This document shows positions 8,181-16,920 of a stretch of DNA of 39,980 nucleotides, in pieces (the stretch's first letter is position 1; each line of letters begins with the position of its first letter). The translations under genes were made by a program, and so were the position numbers. Where the stretch lies: the NCBI GenBank assembly GCA_000992395.1, contig LBUD01000015.1, positions 1 through 39,980 on the forward strand, written 5' to 3'. The notes beneath the pieces are model-generated. The model was given only the letters and a program-made list of their open reading frames with translations. It was not told where the DNA came from and searched no databases. This DNA comes from Parcubacteria group bacterium GW2011_GWA2_38_13. Its GTDB lineage: Bacteria; Patescibacteriota; Patescibacteriia; Buchananbacterales; GWA2-38-13.

Positions 8181-10034
8181 TTAATGTAGATTAAAACATC
8201 TTTGTACGGCAATACAATATTTTGAATCGTGAAATTCCCTGATTTGGTATTTTAAAATAATTTCCTTAAGCCATTGGGGCAATTCATCCGAATATTTTAC
8301 TTCCATAATGGATGCATTTTCCAATAAAATATTGCCGTCAGATACCTTGTGAATTCCTTGAAACGAGCCTGCCGTGAATTCTTTATCAAAAATAACCCGG
8401 ATATCTTTATTGAGCCCGCCGACCATAGCGCACCTTTTATAATTTACAAAAAGTATCGGCTTCATCTGATGCTGTGATGCAATTTGCAAAAATTCCTGTA
8501 TAATTTCCCGGCTTTCGGCCGGCATATTTGAAGCTTTATCCAGCGACATATTTTGCATGATCCGTGAAAAATCCGAATAGCTGATTTTTACTCTAAATTT
8601 CTTTACATACTTTCCTTTTCTTTTTTTTATTTCAGGATATACGATAAAATCTTCAGTATCGGGCTCAACGTAAATCCTTAAACGGTATTTTGTCAATTCT
8701 TTTGTTATGTCCTTCCTTTGGTGATAGCATTGAAAATCTTGTGTATCAAAATAAACATTAATAATTTTATAAAAATTTCCGCCGGTAATATTTGAATATT
8801 CATCAAATTCCATAAATTTTCTCATTTCCCCAATTATCGTGTTGAGCTGATCCCAAGGAATAAGAAATTTTATTTCCTGGCGCAAAAAACTCGCGCTTTC
8901 TATAACATGAACGATATTGTTCCAAAATGCAATGATTTTTTCCGTTACAACCTTCCCATCAAAATTTTCAAAAACATATTTTTTTGCGTTTTGCCCCATT
9001 GCAAGCGCAACGTCAAAATTTTTCAGTATATATAATATCTTTTCGCCCATCAGACTATAATCTCCTATTCCAACTAAAAACCCGTTATACCCGTCTTTGA
9101 TAATTTCCATTGCACCGGTTGTTGCTGTTGATATAACCGGTTTCCCGCACGCCGACGCTTCAATCAAAACCTTACCAAAGCTTTCACTAAGCGATGACAG
9201 GACAAAAATATCACAAGCATAATAGTATGCAATAATGTCTTTCTGTTCTTTTTGCTCCAAAAAATGCACGTCAAGCTTTTTTCCCGCGCATAAATCTTTC
9301 AGTTTTGCGCCTTCGCTTCCAGACCCTATGACAACAAGGGTTGCGTTATTGATTTTTTTTGCCACTTCCTCGTATGCATGTATCAGGGTTTCAATATCTT
9401 TAACTTTTTCCAGCCGCCCCACAAACAGGATAATTTTTTTATTTTCATAATCTTTTCGAATAGCCTCCACTTTGTTTATATCAGTATTTCCAAACTTTGA
9501 TATATCAACGGGTGTCGGGATAACTTTTATTTTATTTTCAGGCACTCCATTCAAAATTAATTTTTTCTGTATACCAATACTCATTGCACGAAACGCGTCA
9601 GCTTCTTTCATATTATGTTTTGCCAGTAAAACCAGATACCTATTTTTCCAATCCTCTCTTAAAAAACTTCCATTATCCAAAAAATCTCCGTGGAAATGAA
9701 TTAAAAGTTTTGTTGTATGCATTTTTTTCAGTCTTATTCCAACCGTTGCCGTTATAAATGGGTCTTGCGTGATTATAAGATCATAATGTTTTTTTTCAAA
9801 CAATCGCCTTGCAATTTTCATCGCATCCCTGATATATAAAAATTTATATGATGAATTTGTAGGAAATGCCGATACATTTTCAGAAATTACGTAAGGCGAA
9901 TATCCGCTTTTGCTAAAAACTATAATATCAATACTGTCTACACGCTTGCCATATTCTTTATGACGCTCGCAAACATCCCCAAGCTGCCCTTGCCCCAGCA
10001 ATCCTTTATCCAAACTGATGATTAAAATATTCAT
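8181..10034 (-). CDS. GT4 glycosyltransferase fused to a C-terminal VTC (CYTH-like, polyphosphate polymerase) domain
   Basis: GT4: FVGRLEKVKD, ESFGKVLIEASACGKP. VTC: RQEIKF, YFDT, KYRLRIY, EIKKR, YKR, RVIFD, MEVKY, SKYC. Confidence 0.85.
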   Translation of the reverse strand: MNILIISLDKGLLGQGQLGDVCERHKEYGKRVDSIDIIVFSKSGYSPYVISENVSAFPTNSSYKFLYIRDAMKIARRLFEKKHYDLIITQDPFITATVGIRLKKMHTTKLLIHFHGDFLDNGSFLREDWKNRYLVLLAKHNMKEADAFRAMSIGIQKKLILNGVPENKIKVIPTPVDISKFGNTDINKVEAIRKDYENKKIILFVGRLEKVKDIETLIHAYEEVAKKINNATLVVIGSGSEGAKLKDLCAGKKLDVHFLEQKEQKDIIAYYYACDIFVLSSLSESFGKVLIEASACGKPVISTATTGAMEIIKDGYNGFLVGIGDYSLMGEKILYILKNFDVALAMGQNAKKYVFENFDGKVVTEKIIAFWNNIVHVIESASFLRQEIKFLIPWDQLNTIIGEMRKFMEFDEYSNITGGNFYKIINVYFDTQDFQCYHQRKDITKELTKYRLRIYVEPDTEDFIVYPEIKKRKGKYVKKFRVKISYSDFSRIMQNMSLDKASNMPAESREIIQEFLQIASQHQMKPILFVNYKRCAMVGGLNKDIRVIFDKEFTAGSFQGIHKVSDGNILLENASIMEVKYSDELPQWLKEIILKYQIREFHDSKYCIAVQRCFNLH

Positions 10035-11149
10035 ACATTTTCCAATATTTTAATAGTTGAAGACATCATTTTTTCTTTTTCAAATTTTTTCAAAATATCC
10101 TTCGCGTTTGTTTTAAATAGTTCTTTTAATTTCGGATCTGAATAAATTTTTTTTACCGCTTCCACTATCTGATCCTCATTATCATATTCAACCAACAAAC
10201 CGGTTTTCCCGTCTTCTATTACTTCGGGATTGCCTCCAGTATTTGTGGTAACGATAGGAATGCCCGCCGAAAGGCATTCTAAAAGAGTATGTGATAATCC
10301 TTCGTATCCGGTATTAAGAATAAAAATTCCTGCGCCTCTAACGCTTTTCATAATATTTTGCCTTGTCTGGCAGGATAAAAATACTTTATTCTCAAGCCGT
10401 GCCTCTTTTATAAGCCGAAGCAATTTTCCTTCATCGGGTCCGCTTCCATAAATATTCAAAATAAAATTTTTATTAATTTCTAAAAGCTTTGGCATTATTT
10501 TTATCAATGTGGAAAAACCTTTCCACGGAACCAATCTTCCGGTTGTTACAATACTATTCGGATTAACGGAAACATCCGAGGTGATTTCTTCCGGAACAAA
10601 AGAATTATATATAACATTAATTTTATTTTCCTTAACTCCCCAGCCCATCACAATATTTTTTAAATAATTGCTTGGAACAATAACGGCATGTGCATTTTTT
10701 ACAGTTAACCGCTCCAAATATTGCAATATGCCAGTTTTCCCGACCATCTTGATTTTTTGAAAATTATCAATTCCCATTTCTGTCGCGTTGGAATTTCTCG
10801 CTGACTCCCAGGCATAATCTCCCACCACCTTTACTGCGTATTTTTTTCCTAAAATATTATTCACAAGATAAGCCGGAATTCCACTCGAAATCGGCCCCTG
10901 AGCATATATGACATCAAATTTTTTTGCTAAAAAAAATAGTTTCAAAAAATATCGGACATAACGAATCAGGACAAAAGATTTTCTGGAAATCCGCGTTATA
11001 GTAAAATCATATGATTGTGTATCATCGCCACAACACAACACTTCAAAATCATAATGGTTTTCCTTCATCCAAAGCGCCAGATCCATCGCATATGTTGCTG
11101 GTCCTCCGATATCCGGCGGAAATATTTCGCACGCAAGTAATATTTTCAT
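10031..11149 (-). CDS. Glycosyltransferase family 4
   Basis: FPPDIGGPATY, TGRLVPWKG, YEGLSHTLLECLSAGIP. Confidence 0.92.
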   Translation of the reverse strand: MKILLACEIFPPDIGGPATYAMDLALWMKENHYDFEVLCCGDDTQSYDFTITRISRKSFVLIRYVRYFLKLFFLAKKFDVIYAQGPISSGIPAYLVNNILGKKYAVKVVGDYAWESARNSNATEMGIDNFQKIKMVGKTGILQYLERLTVKNAHAVIVPSNYLKNIVMGWGVKENKINVIYNSFVPEEITSDVSVNPNSIVTTGRLVPWKGFSTLIKIMPKLLEINKNFILNIYGSGPDEGKLLRLIKEARLENKVFLSCQTRQNIMKSVRGAGIFILNTGYEGLSHTLLECLSAGIPIVTTNTGGNPEVIEDGKTGLLVEYDNEDQIVEAVKKIYSDPKLKELFKTNAKDILKKFEKEKMMSSTIKILENV

Positions 11150-11155
11150 AATTTT

Positions 11156-12583
11156 TTACTTTTTAATTTCCTGATACTCTTCATCGGTGTTTACATTTAA
11201 TACATCATAGTGGCCGCCAAGAGTATTTCTTGCGGCATATAATCCCGTTACAATAGAATGATCCATATTATTATAACGAAAAGCGCCGCCCCGCCCCACA
11301 ATCTGCAAATTTTTTATTGATTTGATATATTCAAATATAATCTCAAGCGGCGCGCGGTATCCGATTTTATAAATAGGATATGTATCTTCCTGCCGCGCGA
11401 CAAATCCGTCTATAATTTTTAAATTTTTCCCAAGCCCGACACGATGTAATTCATCTTTTGCATATTCAATCAATTTTTCATCATCCATTATCCAAAGATC
11501 ATCACCTTCAAAACAAACATATTCCATCCCAAGCGATGTTTTTGATGCATCGGGCACCATAGAGGGACTCCAATTTTTAAAATTCTGTATGCGGCACACC
11601 TTAACTTCCGGGCTATGAATATAAATCCAATTGTCCGGAAATATATCAGGCGTATCAATTATCAGACAAACGGTAAAAAATCCCCGGAAACGCAAAAATT
11701 GCAATGCTTGTAAAATATTTTCTGGAGGTGCCGGCTGTATTTTTTGTATAAGCTCGGGGAGAGGTATGCTTGAAATAAAATTATCACCCTCAATAAGAGC
11801 CGTACTCCCATCATTGTTTCGCGTTTCTATTCCTTGCACCGCCATATCTTTAATATGAATCCGAACAACGCTGCAACGCAATTGTATTTCTCCGTTTTTC
11901 AATCTGATATTTTCAGCCATTTTCTCATACATCATTCCGGGACCGTATTTTGGATAATGGAATTCATCAATAAGACTTGTTTCTTTGGCTTTATTTGAAA
12001 AAAAAGCATTTATAATAGCCCGCGCCAAAGATAATCCCTTGATCCTTTGCGAGGCCCATTCCGCTCCTATCTCCGTTGTGGGTATGCCCCAAATTTTCTC
12101 CGTATATGTTTTAAAAAAAATGTTAAAAAGCCTTCTTCCAAATCTTGAGACAACCCATTCTTCAAAAGTGTCCATCTTCTTTTTACGTCTGAAAGAATGC
12201 TTTATCCGAGCGTAAAAATAACTCAATATAATTGCGACAGCCTGGTATATACCTATATTTTTTAAAGCATTCATCGGCCTAAGCGGATAAAAATAGAACT
12301 TCTTATCATAGTATATTCTTGATAGCCTCGGGCGTTTTAAAAAATCGTCACCCAGCGTTTCATTCCAAATATTTTGCACTTCTTTGTTTTTTGTAAAAAA
12401 CCTGTGTCCGCCTATATCAAAATAATAATTTTTATAATTTATTGTTTTTGATAGCCCGCCGACTTGGCTATCTTTTTCAAGCAACAATACTTTTTTCTTG
12501 TTTTTTACAAGTTCATACCCCGCGGCCAAACCAGCCGGTCCGGCGCCCAAAACAACAGCAAAATTTTTTATTTTTTCTTCCAT
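11156..12583 (-). CDS. FAD-dependent oxidoreductase, UDP-galactopyranose mutase / protoporphyrinogen oxidase-like
   Basis: GAGPAGLAAG, VGGLSKT, FDIGGHRFF, GRGGAFRYNNMDHS; likely start 12583 (ORF open to 12598). Confidence 0.82.
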   Translation of the reverse strand: MEEKIKNFAVVLGAGPAGLAAGYELVKNKKKVLLLEKDSQVGGLSKTINYKNYYFDIGGHRFFTKNKEVQNIWNETLGDDFLKRPRLSRIYYDKKFYFYPLRPMNALKNIGIYQAVAIILSYFYARIKHSFRRKKKMDTFEEWVVSRFGRRLFNIFFKTYTEKIWGIPTTEIGAEWASQRIKGLSLARAIINAFFSNKAKETSLIDEFHYPKYGPGMMYEKMAENIRLKNGEIQLRCSVVRIHIKDMAVQGIETRNNDGSTALIEGDNFISSIPLPELIQKIQPAPPENILQALQFLRFRGFFTVCLIIDTPDIFPDNWIYIHSPEVKVCRIQNFKNWSPSMVPDASKTSLGMEYVCFEGDDLWIMDDEKLIEYAKDELHRVGLGKNLKIIDGFVARQEDTYPIYKIGYRAPLEIIFEYIKSIKNLQIVGRGGAFRYNNMDHSIVTGLYAARNTLGGHYDVLNVNTDEEYQEIKK

Positions 12584-12584
12584 A

Positions 12585-13709
12585 CTATTTTTTTTCAACT
12601 AATCCATTAAATATACCAGCCATTTTTATTGAAATACTGTCCCATTGATATTTTTCCATAACAAGCTTTCTTCCGTTTTCACTCAATTTTTTATATAAAT
12701 TATCATCTTGCATCAATAACGTAATTTTTTCAGCCAAATCACTTGGATCGTCAACCGTACACAATAAACCGGTCTCATTGTCGTATAAAAAATCGGAAAT
12801 TCCGCCGACAGGAGTGCCTATGACCGGCAAACCCATAGCCATTGCTTCCAAAAACGCGTTGCCAAGCCCCTCTGATCGCGATGGCCGAACAAAGATATCC
12901 GCTTGTACCAAATACTCATTTACTTTTTCCGGTATAACGTTTCCTATAAATTCAATCCTATCTTCAATCCCAAGGTCTTTTGCCAATTTTTTTAATTTCT
13001 CCTCCATGCTCCCCCCACCGACAACTATCAACTTAAAATTCAATTCGTAATCCGTAATTCGTAATTCTTTAATTGATTTTATTAAAACGTCAACGCCATT
13101 CTTTTTCTCCAGCCTTGAAACAGTTATAATCACTTTTTCATTATTCACTTTGAACTTTGAACTTTGAACTTTGAACTTATCTAAACCCACCCCATTCGGC
13201 ACCACTTCCACCGGGCATTTTGCTCCCATCTTTTTCGCGCGATCAGCCAAAAAATTTGAAATCGCCTGGATACAATCAGCCTTGCGGTAAATATTTTTAT
13301 ACAAAGGCCTTATAAACCATGTGCGAAGCCATATATCTATTTCCGAATCCCCTTCCTGCAGTGTAAGTAAAAATGGAATGTTTGGATTATTTTTTTTAAA
13401 AAACAACCCCGCCAGTCCCGCCTGATTCGCCATCATCGCCCAGGTTATATCGTATTTTTTTTCTATGCACATCTTTTTGGCAACTCGTGCCGCCGCCCAT
13501 GGAAAAAAATATTTACTCATTTTCCCATTACCGATTCTCAACACATTCACGCGACCAATCTTCTCCTCGCTTTTTTGCTTTCCGTCCAGATTCACCGTGA
13601 TCATGTCAAATTCAAAATCAGGCAAGCGATCAGTAATTTCTTTAATCGCCACTTCGGCTCCGCCGACAAACGGAAAATAAGCGAGGGAAAAAATTAAAAC
13701 TTTTTGCAT
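12585..13709 (-). CDS. Glycosyltransferase family 4 carrying two heptamer-repeat tracts
   Basis: VGGAE, PNGV, SRLEKKNG, SRSEGLGNAFLEAMAMGLP. Confidence 0.92.
   Translation of the reverse strand: MQKVLIFSLAYFPFVGGAEVAIKEITDRLPDFEFDMITVNLDGKQKSEEKIGRVNVLRIGNGKMSKYFFPWAAARVAKKMCIEKKYDITWAMMANQAGLAGLFFKKNNPNIPFLLTLQEGDSEIDIWLRTWFIRPLYKNIYRKADCIQAISNFLADRAKKMGAKCPVEVVPNGVGLDKFKVQSSKFKVNNEKVIITVSRLEKKNGVDVLIKSIKELRITDYELNFKLIVVGGGSMEEKLKKLAKDLGIEDRIEFIGNVIPEKVNEYLVQADIFVRPSRSEGLGNAFLEAMAMGLPVIGTPVGGISDFLYDNETGLLCTVDDPSDLAEKITLLMQDDNLYKKLSENGRKLVMEKYQWDSISIKMAGIFNGLVEKK
13042..13067. repeat. Heptamer tract (AATTCGT) x about 3.7 inside a CDS
   Basis: AATTCGT AATCCGT AATTCGT AATTC, encoding ELRITDYEL. 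Confidence 0.8.
13147..13178. repeat. Heptamer tract (ACTTTGA) x4.5 inside a CDS
   Basis: Four perfect units plus ACTT, encoding KFKVQSSKFKV. Confidence 0.9.
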
Positions 13710-13757
13710 AATAAATATTACTTAGAAAAACAAACCCTTACCGTTTTATTTACCCTT

Positions 13758-13876
13758 AATTTCTAATTACTAATTTTTAATTTCTAAACAATGCCTGATG
13801 TCTAATTTCAAAATTTTTATTTATTAGTTTATTAGGAATTTCTTAGGTTAATTAGAAATTAGGTCAATTAGAAATT
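13758..13876. repeat. Imperfect hairpin element with AATTTCTAATT/AATTAGAAATT termini
   Basis: Same ends as 33015-33379; overlaps the last codons and stop of the epimerase gene. Confidence 0.75.
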
Positions 13877-14826
13877 TTATAATATTCTTTATACCACTGT
13901 AAAAACTTTTCTATCCCTTCTTCAATACCTGTTTTCGGCTCCCAGCCAAGTTTTGTTTTTGCCTTTTCAATATCAGCCCAAGTTTTTGGAACATCCCCCT
14001 CCTGCATTGGCAACAAATTTTTCTGAGTTTTCGCGCCAATATTTTTTTCAATAACTTGAATGAAATATTCAAGCGCAATTGGTTTATTATTTCCTAAATT
14101 ATAAATTTCATACCCGGAATTTCTATCAATCGCGCGAATGATACCGTCAATAATATCGTCAATGTACGTAAAATCTCTTTCCATTTTTCCATTATTAAAA
14201 ACATCAATTGGCCTGCCCTCAAAAATAGCTTTTGTAAATATAAAAAGAGCCATGTCCGGCCGCCCCCAGGACCCATACACCGTAAAAAATCGTAAGCCCG
14301 TACAGTTCATTCCATACAAATGGTGGTACGTATGCGCCATAAGCTCATCAGCTTTTTTCGTTACCGCATATAATGAAACCGGATTATCCACCCTGTCGGT
14401 TTCAGAAAACGGCACCTTGGTATTGCCTCCATATACGGATGAAGACGACGCAAAGATGAAATTTCGCACCTGGTGTTTTTTCGCAAGCTCAAGGAGATTG
14501 AGCGTGCCGAGTATATTCGCCTTTTCGTACGCGAAAGGATTTTCGAGAGAATACCGGACTCCAGCCTGCGCCGCCAAATGGCATATGGCGTCAAATTTTT
14601 TGCTTGAAAAAATTTTATCCAATGCCGCAAAATCGCAAATATCAATTTCATTCATTTTAAAATTCACCCCTGATAAAAATTTTTCTATTCTGTCGCGCTT
14701 TAGTTTCGGATCGTAATAATTATTAAAATTATCAACACTCACAACAGAATCGCCCTGCGCCACAAGCGCTTGTATTAAAGCTGATCCTATAAATCCGGCC
14801 CCACCAGTGACAAGTATTTTAGGCAT
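13864..14826 (-). CDS. UDP-glucuronate 4-epimerase-like NAD-dependent epimerase
   Basis: TGGAGFIG, HLAAQAGVRYSLENP, SLYAVTKK, LRFFTVYGSWGRPDMA. Confidence 0.92.
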   Translation of the reverse strand: MPKILVTGGAGFIGSALIQALVAQGDSVVSVDNFNNYYDPKLKRDRIEKFLSGVNFKMNEIDICDFAALDKIFSSKKFDAICHLAAQAGVRYSLENPFAYEKANILGTLNLLELAKKHQVRNFIFASSSSVYGGNTKVPFSETDRVDNPVSLYAVTKKADELMAHTYHHLYGMNCTGLRFFTVYGSWGRPDMALFIFTKAIFEGRPIDVFNNGKMERDFTYIDDIIDGIIRAIDRNSGYEIYNLGNNKPIALEYFIQVIEKNIGAKTQKNLLPMQEGDVPKTWADIEKAKTKLGWEPKTGIEEGIEKFLQWYKEYYKISN

Positions 14827-14868
14827 ATTTAATTTCTGTTTTTTTAGGTTAATTAGGTAATTAGATAA

Positions 14869-15654
14869 TTAGGTTAATTGTTTCTTCTGCCCTAGCAACT
14901 CCTCATTTATCTTCTGCACATCTTCAAGCAAAGGAACTTCCACACCCAGATCCTGCGCAAGATCAACAAGCGAAGCCAGATCTTTCGGCAAACATTTGCC
15001 GCCAAATCCCCTGAAACCCCCGTGCCATACATCAAAATTTCCCGGAGCCACTCGCCTATCGTGTTCAAACGCCTCGCGCACGATATTGTAATCAATACCA
15101 AGCGACTGGCATATATCATAAATCTGGTTTGCAAAAATAACTTTTGTAGCATAATACGAGTTCACCATATACTTTGTCATTTCAGCGGCTTTCGCCAACA
15201 TAATTTTTGAATACTTTGCTTGCGGCAATATTGCCAAAATTTTTTCTGCAACATCTTTGCTTAACTTTGTATACCCGACGATTTGTTTATCAGGGTTCAA
15301 AAAATCCTGCGGCGCGGTTGAATTGTCTAAAAATTCCGGATTAAAAAGCAGGCGCAATTTTGGATATTTTTCTTGGAACATATCCGTAGTGCCGGGTACA
15401 ACCGTTGATTTGATAATCACGACCTTGCCGTCCATATTGCTCAATTTTTCCAAAACCTCATCAACAATTGATGCATCAAAACCTGAATTTTCGTTATACG
15501 GCGTTGGAACACATATAAAAATATATTCTTGGCTTGCCACCTCATCCCACGGATCCATTGTTAAAAATTTGTCATAAACCTTAGCATTTTTAAAAAAATT
15601 TTTCACTGCCTTGCCCACCACTCCTCCCCCAATGATTCCAACGGATTTATGCAT
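14869..15654 (-). CDS. UDP-glucose/GDP-mannose 6-dehydrogenase family, short form
   Basis: GGGVVG, ICVPTP, KSTVVPGT, NPEFL, GFGGKCLPKD; 261 aa, no C-terminal UDP-binding domain. Confidence 0.85.
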   Translation of the reverse strand: MHKSVGIIGGGVVGKAVKNFFKNAKVYDKFLTMDPWDEVASQEYIFICVPTPYNENSGFDASIVDEVLEKLSNMDGKVVIIKSTVVPGTTDMFQEKYPKLRLLFNPEFLDNSTAPQDFLNPDKQIVGYTKLSKDVAEKILAILPQAKYSKIMLAKAAEMTKYMVNSYYATKVIFANQIYDICQSLGIDYNIVREAFEHDRRVAPGNFDVWHGGFRGFGGKCLPKDLASLVDLAQDLGVEVPLLEDVQKINEELLGQKKQLT

Positions 15655-15662
15655 ATAATTGC

Positions 15663-15718
15663 TTGATTATTAACAATTTACATACTATAATTATAAATAA
15701 TTTCATCAAAGAAGTCAA
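15663..15718. promoter_or_regulatory. Two overlapping, oppositely oriented sigma70 promoters
   Basis: Plus: TTGATT(15663)-17-TATAAT(15686-15691). Minus: TTGACT(15718)-17-TATAAT(15695-15690). Confidence 0.75.
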
Positions 15719-15727
15719 AGGATAAAT

Positions 15728-16864
15728 ATGACTAAATTTAGTAAAATATTATTCATTATTACCCAATCTGAACTTGGCGGCGCGCAAAGATATGTTTTAG
15801 ATTTGGCAAATCATTTAAAAGATAATAATTATGACATAATTGTTGCGTCCGGTCAATCCGGACATCTTTTAGATGAATGCAAAAAAAAATCAATACAAAT
15901 ACATATTTTTAAAAATTTGATCAGACCAATTCATCCGTTTAAGGATCTTTTTGCATTTTTTGAAATATATTCATTTATAAAAAAAGAAAAGCCGGATATC
16001 GTACATCTGAATTCTTCAAAATCAGGAATTTTAGGAGCTGTTGCGGCCAAGGCCGCCGGAGCGAAAAAGGTGGTTTATACGGTACATGGTTTTGTTTTTA
16101 TGGAGCCCATGGCAAAATGGAAAAAAATATTTTATATATGCGCGGAAAAATTTTCTTCGTTTTTTAAAGACGCAATAATTTGCGTATCAGAATACGACAA
16201 AAAGATGGGCATACGATACAGAATCGCACCTGAAAAAAAATTTATAACCATCCATAACGGTATTGAACCCATCAACTTCCTGCCAAAAGAAGAAGCGCAA
16301 AAATTTCTATTAAAAAGCTATCAGCTATCAGCTATAAGCTATAAGCTAATAATCGGCACCATAGCAAATTTTTATCCAACAAAAGGACTTTTGTATCTGG
16401 TCCAATCTGCGAAAAAAATAATTGAAAAATTTCCACAAACACTTTTTGTAATTATCGGAGACGGCGAGGACAGAAATATTCTTGAAAACGAAATTGCAAA
16501 ACTTAGCATTAAAGAAAATGTATTGCTTTTGGGAAAGATACCAGATGCGTTGCGCTATCTTCGCGCGTTTGATATATATGTTTGTTCATCTGTAAAAGAA
16601 GGGCTTCCCTATTCTATTATTGAAGCAATGTCAGCAGGGCTTCCAATCGTTGCCACAAATGTCGGCGGAATACCGGAGCTATTAGCAAATGATTGCGGAA
16701 TTTTAGTTGAGCCAAAGAATTCAGATGCAATTTTCATGGGAATAGAAAAAATTATCAGCAGTCCCGGGCTTGGAAATATTTTAGGAAACAATGCAAAAAT
16801 AATTGCGCAAAAAAAATATTCGCTGGATACGATGATTCAAAAAACGCATCAAATATATTTATAA
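15728..16864 (+). CDS. Glycosyltransferase family 4 carrying a heptamer-repeat tract
   Basis: GGAQRY, TVHG, IHNGI, ANFYPTKG, EGLPYSIIEAMSAGLP. Confidence 0.93.
   Translation: MTKFSKILFIITQSELGGAQRYVLDLANHLKDNNYDIIVASGQSGHLLDECKKKSIQIHIFKNLIRPIHPFKDLFAFFEIYSFIKKEKPDIVHLNSSKSGILGAVAAKAAGAKKVVYTVHGFVFMEPMAKWKKIFYICAEKFSSFFKDAIICVSEYDKKMGIRYRIAPEKKFITIHNGIEPINFLPKEEAQKFLLKSYQLSAISYKLIIGTIANFYPTKGLLYLVQSAKKIIEKFPQTLFVIIGDGEDRNILENEIAKLSIKENVLLLGKIPDALRYLRAFDIYVCSSVKEGLPYSIIEAMSAGLPIVATNVGGIPELLANDCGILVEPKNSDAIFMGIEKIISSPGLGNILGNNAKIIAQKKYSLDTMIQKTHQIYL
16316..16348. repeat. Heptamer tract AGCTAT(C/A) x about 4.7 inside a CDS
   Basis: AGCTATC AGCTATC AGCTATA AGCTATA AGCTA, encoding SYQLSAISYKL. 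Confidence 0.88.
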
Positions 16865-16889
16865 TGATGCGATTACAAAATTATTTCAC

Positions 16890-16920
16890 AAATAGCCCGC
16901 GAAAAAAGCGGGTATTTTTT
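16890..16920. terminator. Intrinsic terminator between convergent genes
   Basis: CCCGC-GAAAAAA-GCGGG stem followed by TATTTTTT. Confidence 0.65.
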
